Positions 1 to 9,614 of a stretch of DNA of 64,000 nt are shown here, one piece after another. Numbering within the stretch: the stretch's first letter is position 1; every line of letters starts with the position of its first letter. Under the pieces are notes generated by a model, which saw only the letters and a list, made by a program, of their open reading frames with translations, did not search any database and was not told where the DNA came from. This DNA is from Candidatus Latescibacterota bacterium (lineage in GTDB: Bacteria > Latescibacterota > UBA2968 > GCA-2709665): assembly GCA_965248435.1 (NCBI GenBank), contig OZ252100.1, positions 1,568,001 to 1,632,000 on the forward strand. The letters are read 5' to 3'. Position numbers and translations under genes: made by a program.

Positions 1-1174
1 GTCCCTGCCACGTTTCGAGAAAGGCGCGATGCCTGGCCCCTCGATCCGGAGCCGGAACGGAGGACACGGCACCCTCTCTGTCCCCTTTTTGGAAGACCCT
101 GGGGCTGTAGGGCGAAAGCTCCGTCATCCCGAGGCCCTTTACAATATTATAGAACGACTCATTCGTGTATCGATCGCAGTTCAAGTGGAAAGGGCCCTCT
201 TCGTTCGTGTAGAACGTGACCGTCAGAACGAGCAGCCCCCCCGGCCTCAAGCGGTCGACCAACCTGCGCACCGCCCGAAGGTTGAGGAAGGCCGAGAACA
301 CGTTCTGGGCGCCCTCGAAGAGGTCCCGCCCTTCGACGTTGATCTGAATGCGGAAACCTTCGTCGACCTCGCGTAAAATGGCTCCCGTCGTATCTACGTT
401 GTCGATCTGAAGGGTGCTGAGCACGTTGTTGGCATCGACAGCGGTCGTCGTCCCGTCGATCCGCAGCCGGAAAATCGACTGCCCGTCAGAAACACTCTCC
501 TCGATATCGACACTCACACCGGTTGGCGCGGCCGCCTCGATCTTCGCCTTGATGTCATTTAGGGAATCGGTCCCCAGGTCGATATCCACGGTCTGGTCGC
601 CGATCGTAACTGTGCCGGACGGTGGCGTGGTCAGCGACAGGAGTGTGCCCACGGCCGTCGTGCTGCTCTCCAACCGCAGGCTTCGTCGTAGCGTGTTCCC
701 GACCGAGAGGACATTTCCGTCGGCGTCCCTGACTTCCGAATACGGCCTTTCCAGCGTTTCCGTCCCGGCGAAGACGAATCGCCCGCGGAACTTGGCCTGA
801 CCCACGCCGATCACGTGTTCGAGCAGTTCGTTCACTTCCCTCGCGATGATCTTCCGGTCAGACGGGTTCACGGTGTCGCTCGAGCCCTGGATTGCAAGGC
901 CGCGGACCCTTATAAGCGTGTTCACGAGGTCGTCCATCGTGGAATCCACGAAATTCATGAACCCGATGCCAGATTCGATATTGCGCTGGAACTGTTCGTT
1001 TTTTCGGATGTCCGAGCGCAGCTGCAGGGCCCGCGACGCGCTGCTGGGGTCGTCCGACGCGTCGTGGATCCGGGTCCCGGTGGACAGGTCCTTCTGAAAC
1101 CTCGTAATCCTCGAAAAAGAGCGTCTGAGGTTGTTTGAAATCGTGTTGGTTACAACTGCATCCGAAATGCGCAT
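1..1174 (-). CDS. flgL: Flagellar hook-associated protein 3 FlgL; open to the window edge, FlgL-like only down to ~275
   Basis: Manual translation MRISDAVVTNTISNNLRRSFSRITRFQKDLSTGTRIHDASDDPS (flagellin-N type), later GRFVFAG; SD AGAGGTGG; directly after flgK. Confidence 0.85.
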   Translation of the reverse strand, partial: MRISDAVVTNTISNNLRRSFSRITRFQKDLSTGTRIHDASDDPSSASRALQLRSDIRKNEQFQRNIESGIGFMNFVDSTMDDLVNTLIRVRGLAIQGSSDTVNPSDRKIIAREVNELLEHVIGVGQAKFRGRFVFAGTETLERPYSEVRDADGNVLSVGNTLRRSLRLESSTTAVGTLLSLTTPPSGTVTIGDQTVDIDLGTDSLNDIKAKIEAAAPTGVSVDIEESVSDGQSIFRLRIDGTTTAVDANNVLSTLQIDNVDTTGAILREVDEGFRIQINVEGRDLFEGAQNVFSAFLNLRAVRRLVDRLRPGGLLVLTVTFYTNEEGPFHLNCDRYTNESFYNIVKGLGMTELSPYSPRVFQKGDREGAVSSVPAPDRGARHRAFLETWQG

Positions 1175-1197
1175 CTCGTGCCACCTCTATTTTGCAA

Positions 1198-1226
1198 ACT
1201 ATAAGAACTATATGGAGTTATATCAA
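1198..1226 (-). promoter_or_regulatory. Putative sigma70-type promoter upstream of flgL
   Basis: TTGATA-N17-TATAGT on the minus strand in the AT-rich flgK-flgL gap. Confidence 0.55.
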
Positions 1227-1265
1227 GATCAAATTGGCAATCAGCCCTTTGTTCACACGGCTTTT

Positions 1266-2684
1266 TCAGATATTGAGAAGCGATTGCATCATCTCATCGA
1301 CGATGGTGACGATCCTGGCCGCGGCCTGGAACGCACGCTGAAAGAGGATCAGATTTGTCGCCTCTTCATTGAGAGAGACTCCCCTTACGTTTTCCCTCCG
1401 GATCTCCACCTGCTCCACGACGAGCCGCTGTGTCTCCGCGTTCGTAAACACCTCTTTCGCGTCGGCGCCTATCTGTCCGACCAGATCAGCGTAGAACTCC
1501 TCGATCGTCCGGGTCCCGCCGCCCAGCACCTTTTCCGAGGCCAGGCCCGAAAGGGTGAGCGCATTCGCGCCGTCTCCGTTTCCGACGGCCGTGGACGATG
1601 CCGCGATCTTGTTCAGGTCGCCGAGTACCTCTTGAGAGATGGCGATCTCACGGGCGGAGTCCTGTGTCGCGATGAAGAAGTTCGTACCGGACGAGCCGTC
1701 CAGCCCGAAACCTGCGGAGTGGATCAAATTCACCCTGCCAACCAGCGTCTCTGCGACAATGTCCAGGTTTTCCTGAGCGCTGATGATCTTTTCGTCTCGC
1801 GCCTGCAAGAGCCCCCCGAGCTTGCCCGAAACCGGGTCGACCGCCTTTCCGTCGATCGCGAGCGCCACATCCGAAACAATGGCATTGTTCCGGGACACCG
1901 GCCGCGTCGTCAGTTCGTTAAAGACCGCTGCGTCCACGAGCAGGATGCCGGGGGCCGCGGAAACCGCCACCGTGCCGTCCACCTGTTCACGGATGTTGAT
2001 CTTGAGCAGCTTGGAGAGGTCGTCCAGCAGCCGATCGCGCTCATCTTCCAGGCTGCCGGCCACGTCCGTCGGATCCTTCTTATTAGTAATAATCTTTGTA
2101 TTCAATGTGGCAAGCTGCCTGATAATCCGGTTGGTCTCCAGGAGGGTCTGTTTGACTTCGGCCTCCATGTCGAATCTCAGGACCGATAGCTGATCGTGCA
2201 TCCGTTGAAACTGGTCCACGAGAAAGCTGGCCTCCTCCCTGACCACCGCGCGCGCCGTCTGACTCTCCGGATTGTTGGCCAGGTCCTGGAACGAGTTGAA
2301 GAAGCGGCTGAAGGCCCCGCTGAGCGCCGCGCCTGATGCCTGGTTGAACACGGCACCCGGTTCGCTTGCCCCGCCTCCGGCCAACTCCGTAAAAATCGCC
2401 TCGATCGACCGCATCGCGCGCTCCAGGACCTCCAGGTTCCCGAGCGAATGGCCCTCGAACCGGAACTGCCCGTCCAGCAGGAGATCTCTTGCGCGGGTGA
2501 GTGACTCCACCTTCACGCCCGTGCCAAATCCGGCCACGGTGAGGCCGGTCTTCAAATTCGGCGTCTTACGCGAATACCCCGGTGTGTTGACGTTGGCGAT
2601 GTTATCGCCCGTAACGTTCAGCGCGATCTGCTGCGCCCGGAGTGCGGTCCTCGCGATTTCAAAGATGGAGCCGATGCTCGGCAC
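1266..2684 (-). CDS. flgK: Flagellar hook-associated protein 1 FlgK
   Basis: NIANVNTPGYSR N-terminus; GVSLNEEATNLILFQRAFQAAAR C-terminus. Confidence 0.95.
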   Translation of the reverse strand: MPSIGSIFEIARTALRAQQIALNVTGDNIANVNTPGYSRKTPNLKTGLTVAGFGTGVKVESLTRARDLLLDGQFRFEGHSLGNLEVLERAMRSIEAIFTELAGGGASEPGAVFNQASGAALSGAFSRFFNSFQDLANNPESQTARAVVREEASFLVDQFQRMHDQLSVLRFDMEAEVKQTLLETNRIIRQLATLNTKIITNKKDPTDVAGSLEDERDRLLDDLSKLLKINIREQVDGTVAVSAAPGILLVDAAVFNELTTRPVSRNNAIVSDVALAIDGKAVDPVSGKLGGLLQARDEKIISAQENLDIVAETLVGRVNLIHSAGFGLDGSSGTNFFIATQDSAREIAISQEVLGDLNKIAASSTAVGNGDGANALTLSGLASEKVLGGGTRTIEEFYADLVGQIGADAKEVFTNAETQRLVVEQVEIRRENVRGVSLNEEATNLILFQRAFQAAARIVTIVDEMMQSLLNI

Positions 2685-2790
2685 TGGCTACCTCTTTAAA
2701 CGGTTTCGAATGGTGGCGCTGAAAACCGGACCGAGGATGGAGTGGGCCTCCTCTACCCGGACCTTCCAGCGCCAAACTCCTGAATAGAAA

Positions 2791-3294
2791 CTAAATGACC
2801 TGATTCACCACACCCTGAACCGGCCGGGCGTGATTGTCGATCTTCCCGGACTGTTCGTAGACACGGTTGGAAGGATCACCGCCCGACAAAATCTGGATAC
2901 TCTTGTCGACATATTTCATAGACTGCTTGATCAAGAGCCCGTTTCGCCGGTTCGCATTTTGAATTTTGTCCTGAAGGTCGATCAGCGTCTCTCGCATCTC
3001 TCTCAGACACTCAGCTTGGGGTTCCTGAAGCCGATCGATCAGTCGTGCCATGGTCAGACTGCCTTCATCCTCTTTCAGCGAGGACGAGAGTTGCTGGGTG
3101 ATGCGAATGCGTTCCTGCTCGAGCGCCGCCGCTTCTTCGGCCAGCCCCTGCTGATCTCCTATCGCGGCCTCCAGTTCGCCGATCTCGTGGCGGACGAGCG
3201 CGCTCTGCTCTCGTCCCAAAGTCTCCAGAAGGCGCTGAAAATTTTCGACTTCCTTTTCGATAACCCCGACCAAACTGCTGATCAACTCGTCCAC
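2791..3294 (-). CDS. flgN: Flagellar export chaperone FlgN
   Basis: Helical 167 aa protein with NRRNGLLI and YxxSG motifs; position before flgK. Confidence 0.85.
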   Translation of the reverse strand: MDELISSLVGVIEKEVENFQRLLETLGREQSALVRHEIGELEAAIGDQQGLAEEAAALEQERIRITQQLSSSLKEDEGSLTMARLIDRLQEPQAECLREMRETLIDLQDKIQNANRRNGLLIKQSMKYVDKSIQILSGGDPSNRVYEQSGKIDNHARPVQGVVNQVI

Positions 3295-3310
3295 TTGCTA
3301 CTCCTCTCGC

Positions 3311-3802
3311 TTAAGGGCCCTTCATCGAGGCCGCAGCGTCTACGGCTTTCATTCCCATTTGTGCCTTGCGTAATTCTCTCCGCAACCTGCCTGCCGCCTC
3401 GGAGACGTCTGGAAGTGTCGACTCCCCTTCGCCCGCCTCCTTGATCCCGAACCGACGGCTCAGCTGGCTGAACATCATTTTCGCGATCCCTGCTCCACCA
3501 TGCCCCGCCATGTGCTTGGCAAGCTCCTCATCCAGCAATCCGGTAAAGATCTCCTCTCCAGCGCCGCCGTGCATCAATCCTTCGGTGTGAACCGTACTTC
3601 GCATCTGCTTCAGGACCTGAAACATGAACACCGATTCAAAATCCTGGGCGGCCTTCCAGAGCTTGTCCGCCTCATCAGACCGGTGTGCACCCTTCGTCAG
3701 CTGATTTCCCTGGCCGTGCTTCAACGCAATCGGCCCCCGGGCAGGGCGCTTCAAGGGCGTGAAATCTTTAGGGACAGAAGTGCTTGCACTCAAATCAGAC
3801 AT
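3311..3802 (-). CDS. flgJ: FlgJ rod-binding domain protein (no muramidase domain)
   Basis: LWKAAQDFESVF..LKQMR..EEIFTGLLDEELA..GIAKMMFSQL motif. Confidence 0.85.
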   Translation of the reverse strand: MSDLSASTSVPKDFTPLKRPARGPIALKHGQGNQLTKGAHRSDEADKLWKAAQDFESVFMFQVLKQMRSTVHTEGLMHGGAGEEIFTGLLDEELAKHMAGHGGAGIAKMMFSQLSRRFGIKEAGEGESTLPDVSEAAGRLRRELRKAQMGMKAVDAAASMKGP

Positions 3803-3815
3803 ACCGTGCTCCGGC

Positions 3816-5009
3816 TCAAAGGATGATCAATTCCGCTTTCAATGCCCCCGCCTGCTTCAAGGCCTGGAAGATGGCGATGATGTCCCTCGGCGTCACCTTC
3901 AACGCATTCAGTGCCTTCGCCACGTCGCTCACGCTGGACGCGGGCGGCAGAGCCAGCAGCCGCGGCTTCTCCTCCTCCACCTCCACCCCACCACCCAACT
4001 GAAGCTGGGCCTGCGGTCCCCCCGGCACACCGGCCTCCAGCGTTTCTTGAGGGCCGATCGATATGCTCAAACTGCCGTGGGAAATCGCAACTTCCGCGAT
4101 GGCGACGTGCTCGCCCGCCACGATCGTCCCCGTCCGTTCGTTGACGACGATCCTTGCATTGACGTCTGGGATGACCGTAACCCCTTCCAATTCGGCGATA
4201 AACTCGATAAATCCACCCGTCGTGCGCCTTGCCCTTGGAACAGACACGCGAATCGTTGCAGCATCCAGGGCCGCGGAAAGCCGGTCGCCGAACTTGATGT
4301 CTATCGCGCGAGCCAGTCTGGCCGATGTGGTGTAGTCTGGGTCATTCAGTATCACAGTCAATGCGCTGCTGACTTCTCCTGGCGCGACCATTTCCTGCTG
4401 CACGATGGCCCCGCCTGGAACCCGGCCGACGACCGGGTGATTCTTCCTGAACGCCCCTCCGCCTGCCGCTTCGATGTTGAATCCGCCGATCGAGACCGGA
4501 CCTTGCGCCACAGCCATCACAGGTCCGTTTGGCGGGTTTGCCTGGAGGGGGGTCATCAACAGAATTCCGCCTTCCAAACTTTTCGCATCACCAAGGGATG
4601 AGACCGTCACGTCAAGCGTCGTCCCCACACGCGTAAACGGGGACAACTGTCCCGTAACCATAACCGCCGCCGTATTCCTGGACCGAATCTGAGATGGATC
4701 CACTTCCACGCCCATCGTCCGCATCATGTTGGCGAGGGCCTGTGTCATGAACGGGGCGCCTCGAGGCTGATCCCCATTCCTTTCCAGGCCGACGACCAGC
4801 CCGTAGCCGATCAACTGGAGATCCCGAAGGGTCTGGATCTGGGCCACGTCTTTGAGCCGAGCCACCTGAGGCTCGAAGTCTGGGATAAACTGCCCCGGGG
4901 CTGCACCAGGTAAGAGCAGACCCACAGCCAGGATCAAAACGATGAGTGTTCGCTCGGCACTTTTGTTTGGGCGATCTGTCACGTTTACGATTGAGATTGC
5001 AGATTCCAT
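3816..5009 (-). CDS. flgI: Flagellar P-ring protein FlgI
   Basis: QLIGYGLVVGL, SLEGGILLMTPL, VVNERTGTIV, QALKQAGALKAEL. Confidence 0.96.
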   Translation of the reverse strand: MESAISIVNVTDRPNKSAERTLIVLILAVGLLLPGAAPGQFIPDFEPQVARLKDVAQIQTLRDLQLIGYGLVVGLERNGDQPRGAPFMTQALANMMRTMGVEVDPSQIRSRNTAAVMVTGQLSPFTRVGTTLDVTVSSLGDAKSLEGGILLMTPLQANPPNGPVMAVAQGPVSIGGFNIEAAGGGAFRKNHPVVGRVPGGAIVQQEMVAPGEVSSALTVILNDPDYTTSARLARAIDIKFGDRLSAALDAATIRVSVPRARRTTGGFIEFIAELEGVTVIPDVNARIVVNERTGTIVAGEHVAIAEVAISHGSLSISIGPQETLEAGVPGGPQAQLQLGGGVEVEEEKPRLLALPPASSVSDVAKALNALKVTPRDIIAIFQALKQAGALKAELIIL

Positions 5010-5013
5010 TCGA

Positions 5014-5616
5014 TTAGAAAACCCAGTTTAGCAGACGCACGAAGAACCCGGGACGAGAGCTTTGGGTGATAACGCCCTTACCCTTGTATGAAACCTGAAG
5101 ATCCGCAATCCTGAAGGATTCGATCGTGTTGTTCGCAGGAATGATCAGGGGGTTTACAGCCCCTGAGAGGTGGATCACTTCTCGCTCTCCGTTCACTTCG
5201 ATCGTGCGACTTCCCTCTACCAGGAGGTCGCCGTTGTGCTTGATCCCCACCACGGTCACCGAGACCCTGGCCTGGATCTGCTGCTGGCGTGTCGTTGAGC
5301 CCTCTCCAGTAAACTCCGATTGGGCATCGCTCACCAATCCGAGCCCGGGAATGAACTTGAGCACCCCGGAGCCCTTTGCGCTCGTGATGTCAACTGTATT
5401 TTCCTTGTTCGTCTCGAGGTTCGCGGTATTGGACGCCGTCGTGTTCTCCGTGACCAGAACGGTCAGGATATCGCCTACACGACTTGCCCGAAGCGGTCGA
5501 CGATCCTGGAAGAGCGTCGTCGGCCGTTCAGGGTCGCCGAACAGAAACTGGGCATACGACCTGGACGCCGTGCCCATCAATCCCAGCATCATCAGAACCA
5601 GACTCTTGAAGATCAT
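5014..5616 (-). CDS. flgH: Flagellar L-ring protein FlgH
   Basis: VGDILTVLV, NGDLLVEG, NTIESFRIAD; operon position. Confidence 0.93.
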   Translation of the reverse strand: MIFKSLVLMMLGLMGTASRSYAQFLFGDPERPTTLFQDRRPLRASRVGDILTVLVTENTTASNTANLETNKENTVDITSAKGSGVLKFIPGLGLVSDAQSEFTGEGSTTRQQQIQARVSVTVVGIKHNGDLLVEGSRTIEVNGEREVIHLSGAVNPLIIPANNTIESFRIADLQVSYKGKGVITQSSRPGFFVRLLNWVF

Positions 5617-5640
5617 CCTGTTCTCCTGTCGGCCGTCTCC

Positions 5641-6384
5641 CTAATACGCGACCCGCACCACACCCGGCGCGATGACTTCCGCGAGCAGCTTTTTCCTGGA
5701 GGCGAGATTCTGGACGACGATTCGATCACCCTCCGCACCCGACTCCGTCGCCACGCCCTCTGTGGAGGCCGTGATCGCCCCGATCCGGATCTCGATGCGC
5801 ACGAGATCCTTCCGTTCGACCAGAGGGATCGGTTCAAGAAAACGTCCATCGATCGGCCTGCCCGATCCTATGCGCGACTTGGCTTGCGACCCGATCACCC
5901 TGGACGGGTCCCTCGTGTACCTGCCCAAAACGGCCGTCACCTCCCGCTTTTCCAGGACGATTGTGTCAGACGTGATCGGCTCGCCCCTCTCGATCGGGCG
6001 CGCTGCCACAACCACTTCGTCGAAGTAGCGCACATTTGCTGTTACGAGATGTTCACCGACGATGACGGGGCCACGGAGGATCTCGAGGACCAACGGAAAC
6101 GACCTGTCCGAGCTTCGACCTTGAGAGGGCCGAACCTGGAGCGCTACAGAACCGCTTCCTTTGACACTCAGGTTGCCCCTCCTGCGAACCTTAATCTTGA
6201 GTTCGCCTTCGAAGTCATCGAGGAGACCCCTCACGTGTTCGGTAACCACCCCGTGGATCTCCGTTTCCGATACAACCACTTCGGCCGTTCCATCCGACAC
6301 CATCAAGCAGAGCATCCACAGGACGACCAGGCCGGCGTAGATCAGCTTGAGCATCAGTTGTCTTTTTTTTCTTGCGACCATCAT
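5641..6384 (-). CDS. flgA: P-ring formation chaperone FlgA
   Basis: SAF-like VVVAARPIERGE; C-terminal GAEGDRIVVQNLASRK. Confidence 0.9.
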   Translation of the reverse strand: MMVARKKRQLMLKLIYAGLVVLWMLCLMVSDGTAEVVVSETEIHGVVTEHVRGLLDDFEGELKIKVRRRGNLSVKGSGSVALQVRPSQGRSSDRSFPLVLEILRGPVIVGEHLVTANVRYFDEVVVAARPIERGEPITSDTIVLEKREVTAVLGRYTRDPSRVIGSQAKSRIGSGRPIDGRFLEPIPLVERKDLVRIEIRIGAITASTEGVATESGAEGDRIVVQNLASRKKLLAEVIAPGVVRVAY

Positions 6385-7187
6385 TAGCTCACGATGTTGT
6401 TCGTCTCTCTCATCATTTCATCCGATGTCCGAATCGCTCGGGCATTCACCTCATACGTCCGCTGCGCCATGATCATATTCACGAGTTCATCCACGACCTG
6501 GACGTTGGAGAGTTCCAGGAACCCCTGTGAGATCCTCCCGAAACCCTCTGTGTTCGGCTGTCCCGATATCGGAGGGCCCGAGGCCTCGGTCTCCAGGTAG
6601 AGATTGCGTCCGATGCTCCGAAGGCCCGCAGGGTTGATGAACTTGGCCAGCTCGATCTGGCCGACGTTGGCTGCGGCGGTTTCGCCGGACGACAGCGTCT
6701 CGACGTTTCCGTCCGACGCGATGTTTATGCTTACCGCGTCCTGACTGATCGTGATCGGCGGCTCCATAGTAAATCCATCGGAGGTGACCAGCTGGCCCTC
6801 GTTGGACCGCTTGAACGCCCCGTCGCGCGTGAAGGCGATCGACCCATCAGGCAGGGACACCTGGAAGAACCCGTCTCCGTTGATGCCTTCGTTCTCGATG
6901 GCGATGTCCAGAGGGTTATTCGTCGCGGTGACATCTCCCTGCGCGAAGATCCGCTGTGTGGCGACCACGCGGGTCCCGTAACCGATCTGAATCTCCACCG
7001 GCACGAGTGCGCCCTGCGCGGCCGAAGTCCCCGCAGTTCGAATCGTCTGATAGAGCAGATCCTGAAACTCCGCTTTGCTTCGCTTGAACCCCGTGGTATT
7101 CACGTTCGCAAGGTTGTTCGAGATGTTGTCGATGTTCAGTTGCTGGGCAATCATGCCTGTCGCAGAAGTCCTTAGCGCTCTCGACAC
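6384..7187 (-). CDS. flgG: Flagellar distal rod protein FlgG
   Basis: ISNNLANVNTTGFK, FQDLLYQ, LELSNVQVVDELV. Confidence 0.96.
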   Translation of the reverse strand: MSRALRTSATGMIAQQLNIDNISNNLANVNTTGFKRSKAEFQDLLYQTIRTAGTSAAQGALVPVEIQIGYGTRVVATQRIFAQGDVTATNNPLDIAIENEGINGDGFFQVSLPDGSIAFTRDGAFKRSNEGQLVTSDGFTMEPPITISQDAVSINIASDGNVETLSSGETAAANVGQIELAKFINPAGLRSIGRNLYLETEASGPPISGQPNTEGFGRISQGFLELSNVQVVDELVNMIMAQRTYEVNARAIRTSDEMMRETNNIVS

Positions 7188-7225
7188 TACACATTACCTC
7201 CGGTTGAGGTGGGGGATGGCACTAG

Positions 7226-7996
7226 CTAGGGTCTGGCTCGGCCGACCTCGTTTACAGCCCGTCTGAGCGTGTCATCTTGTGCCCGAAGGGCTCGTTGGTC
7301 GGACTCATAAGACCGGAAGAGACTGATCATGTCCACCATCTGGACAATCGGATTAGCATTAGACTGCTCTAAGAAGCCCTGCATGACTTTGGTATCTGAG
7401 GTGATCGCTGCTCTGCTCACGCCCGGCTTGGGAACAAAAAATCCGTTCTGCCTTCGCTCCAGCCGGGTGACCCCGTCCGGGTCCTGGTAGTATCCTTCCT
7501 CATCCTTCTGGAAGTCGTGTATCGCCAAGGTCGCGTTCAGCGTGCCGTTTTCAAAGATCTCGCCGTTCTCGTTCACCGTAAAATCGGATCCCTGCAGCTC
7601 AATCCGTCCACCCCTGTCGTCCAGGACCTCGTAACCGAGGTTGGTCACCAGGGTGCCATCCCGGTTGATCGAAAATTCTCCGTTCCGTGTGTAGAGATCG
7701 CCCTGGGGCGTCCTCACCTGGAAGAATCCAGGTCCGCTGATCGCAAATTGCTGCTTGCTGTCTGTCTGTCTCAAGGCGCCTTGATCGAAATCGATGTAGG
7801 CACCCGAAATCTGATTCTTGCGCCAGACCGGATAACCGCCCGAGCCTTTTCGCCGCGCCTCGCCCAGCTCCCTCAGGAAGATTCCGTCTCGCTTGAAGCC
7901 CGGAACATCACTGTTGGCCAGGTTGTTCGCGATGACTTCTTGTCGAGTGGAGCGATTCAGCAAGCTCGAGCCCGATGTGTAGATCCCTTCCGACAT
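7226..7996 (-). CDS. flgF: Flagellar proximal rod protein FlgF
   Basis: IANNLAN..PGFK, YTRNGEF, QGFLEQSN; precedes flgG. Confidence 0.88.
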   Translation of the reverse strand: MSEGIYTSGSSLLNRSTRQEVIANNLANSDVPGFKRDGIFLRELGEARRKGSGGYPVWRKNQISGAYIDFDQGALRQTDSKQQFAISGPGFFQVRTPQGDLYTRNGEFSINRDGTLVTNLGYEVLDDRGGRIELQGSDFTVNENGEIFENGTLNATLAIHDFQKDEEGYYQDPDGVTRLERRQNGFFVPKPGVSRAAITSDTKVMQGFLEQSNANPIVQMVDMISLFRSYESDQRALRAQDDTLRRAVNEVGRARP

Positions 7997-8090
7997 CCGT
8001 TACTCCATTTCTGTTTCGCTTGGGGTGGATACGCAATGCCAACCCCGAGCGGGTGAATTTCCCCCTACTCAAGGGAGTCATCCACGTTAT

Positions 8091-8107
8091 AGCAACCCCT
8101 ATGCCAG
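8091..8107 (-). promoter_or_regulatory. Sigma54 (-24/-12) promoter of the flg operon
   Basis: CTGGCAT-AGGGG-TTGCT matches TGGCAC-N5-TTGCW, about 95 bp upstream of flgF. Confidence 0.8.
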
Positions 8108-8409
8108 CCAAAGGCCCTGAGGGAAATCACTGCGCTATTTACTTGTAAAAAATATAGTTATCCTCCCTCCGCAGCCCTGAAAACGCGCCATGGCGCCCTT
8201 GCTTTTGCGTCCAGAAGGAACGAATTTCCCCACACGGTCACGCCTGCGGACGCCCCCGATTTTTTTCGAATCCTTTCATTCCCCGTTGGATTCCGCGCAT
8301 TCAGGTCCATTCTCCGACCGGATTGATCTCCCTTTATCAATGTATTACCTTGGGTCTGCCCCTCGAGATCCCGGTCGGGATTCGAGCGAAGGCAGGAGAT
8401 CTGTACGAG

Positions 8410-9597
8410 ATGAAGATCACGAACGTCGAAAGCTTCATCGTAGATGCCGGCTGGAGGCCCTGGACCTTCGTCAAAGTGGAGACGGATGAGGGCATCACCG
8501 GTTACGGGGAGTGCAGCGACGGCAGAAACCCGTATGGGGTTGCCGGCACGGTCCAGGACGTGAGGGCCCTGCTCATCGGCAAGGACCCCAGGCCCTACGA
8601 GATGAGATTCTGGGACCTCTACCGACGGCTCCGACAGAGCCCTGGCGGTACGGCTGCGAAGGCTATCGCTGGAATAGAATGCGCCCTTTTAGACATCAAA
8701 GCGAAAGCCCTGGGGATATCGGTGGTCGAGCTCTTTGGAGGTCCGACCCGGGACGACATCCGGCTCTACTGGTCTCACTGCGGGACGAGCCGCGCCCGAT
8801 ACCCGGACATCTTGAACACGCCCCCCCTGCGCACGATGGACGATATCGTCGAGCTGGGCAGAGAGGTCGCGGAAAAAGGGTTCACGGCCCTGAAGACCAA
8901 CATCGTCCTCCCCGGCGAACCCGCCTCCGTCCATTTCGGCGGATTCGGAGGCGGCCCGGGGACCACCGATCAAATCCTCACGAAGGACCTGCTAGACCCT
9001 ATTGTCGATCTGATCCGAAGCTTCCGGGAAGGCGCGGGTCCGGATGTCGACATCAACCTGGACCTCAACTTCAACTTCAAACCGGAAGCCTGCGTGCAGA
9101 TCGCGAGGGCACTCGAGCCGTATGACCTGCTCTGGCTGGAACTCGACATGTACGATCCAGAGGCGGTTCTTCAGATCAAGCAGTCCACATCCACGAGGAT
9201 CTGCACCGGTGAAAACCTCTTCTACATGGGCCAGTACCTCCCCTACTTCGAGCGGCACGCCGCGGATGTGTTCATGGTGGACGTGCCCTGGAACGGCTTT
9301 GCACAATCCAAAAAGATCGGGGACCTCGCCGAGGTCTATCAGCTCAACGTCGCCCCCCACAATTACTACAGCCACCTTGCGACCTTTATGAGCGCGAGCC
9401 TCAGCGCCGTTCTGCCCAATGTGCGCATCATGGAGATCGATATCGACGACGTGCCGTGGAAAGACGACCTGGTGACGCAGCCTCCAGATATCACAGATGG
9501 GCACATGAAGATCCCGACCGGCCCCGGATGGGGCACGGATCTGAACGAAGCGGAGCTGAAGAGACGACGCTGGCAGGACAAACAGGCACCCTGGTGA
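8410..9597 (+). CDS. Mandelate racemase/MLE (enolase superfamily) enzyme, sugar-acid dehydratase-like
   Basis: MKITNVE..VKVETDEGITGYGE, ALLDIKAKALG, ICTGE, APHN, PTGPGWG; SD GGAG before ATG 8410. Confidence 0.9.
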   Translation: MKITNVESFIVDAGWRPWTFVKVETDEGITGYGECSDGRNPYGVAGTVQDVRALLIGKDPRPYEMRFWDLYRRLRQSPGGTAAKAIAGIECALLDIKAKALGISVVELFGGPTRDDIRLYWSHCGTSRARYPDILNTPPLRTMDDIVELGREVAEKGFTALKTNIVLPGEPASVHFGGFGGGPGTTDQILTKDLLDPIVDLIRSFREGAGPDVDINLDLNFNFKPEACVQIARALEPYDLLWLELDMYDPEAVLQIKQSTSTRICTGENLFYMGQYLPYFERHAADVFMVDVPWNGFAQSKKIGDLAEVYQLNVAPHNYYSHLATFMSASLSAVLPNVRIMEIDIDDVPWKDDLVTQPPDITDGHMKIPTGPGWGTDLNEAELKRRRWQDKQAPW

Positions 9598-9614
9598 ACC
9601 GAGGAGGACCGACG

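Noticed and set aside
2685-2790. Possible structured RNA between flgN and flgK (TGGCGCTG...CAGCGCCA stem)
   Set aside because: Single imperfect hairpin with no second copy or known motif; insufficient support
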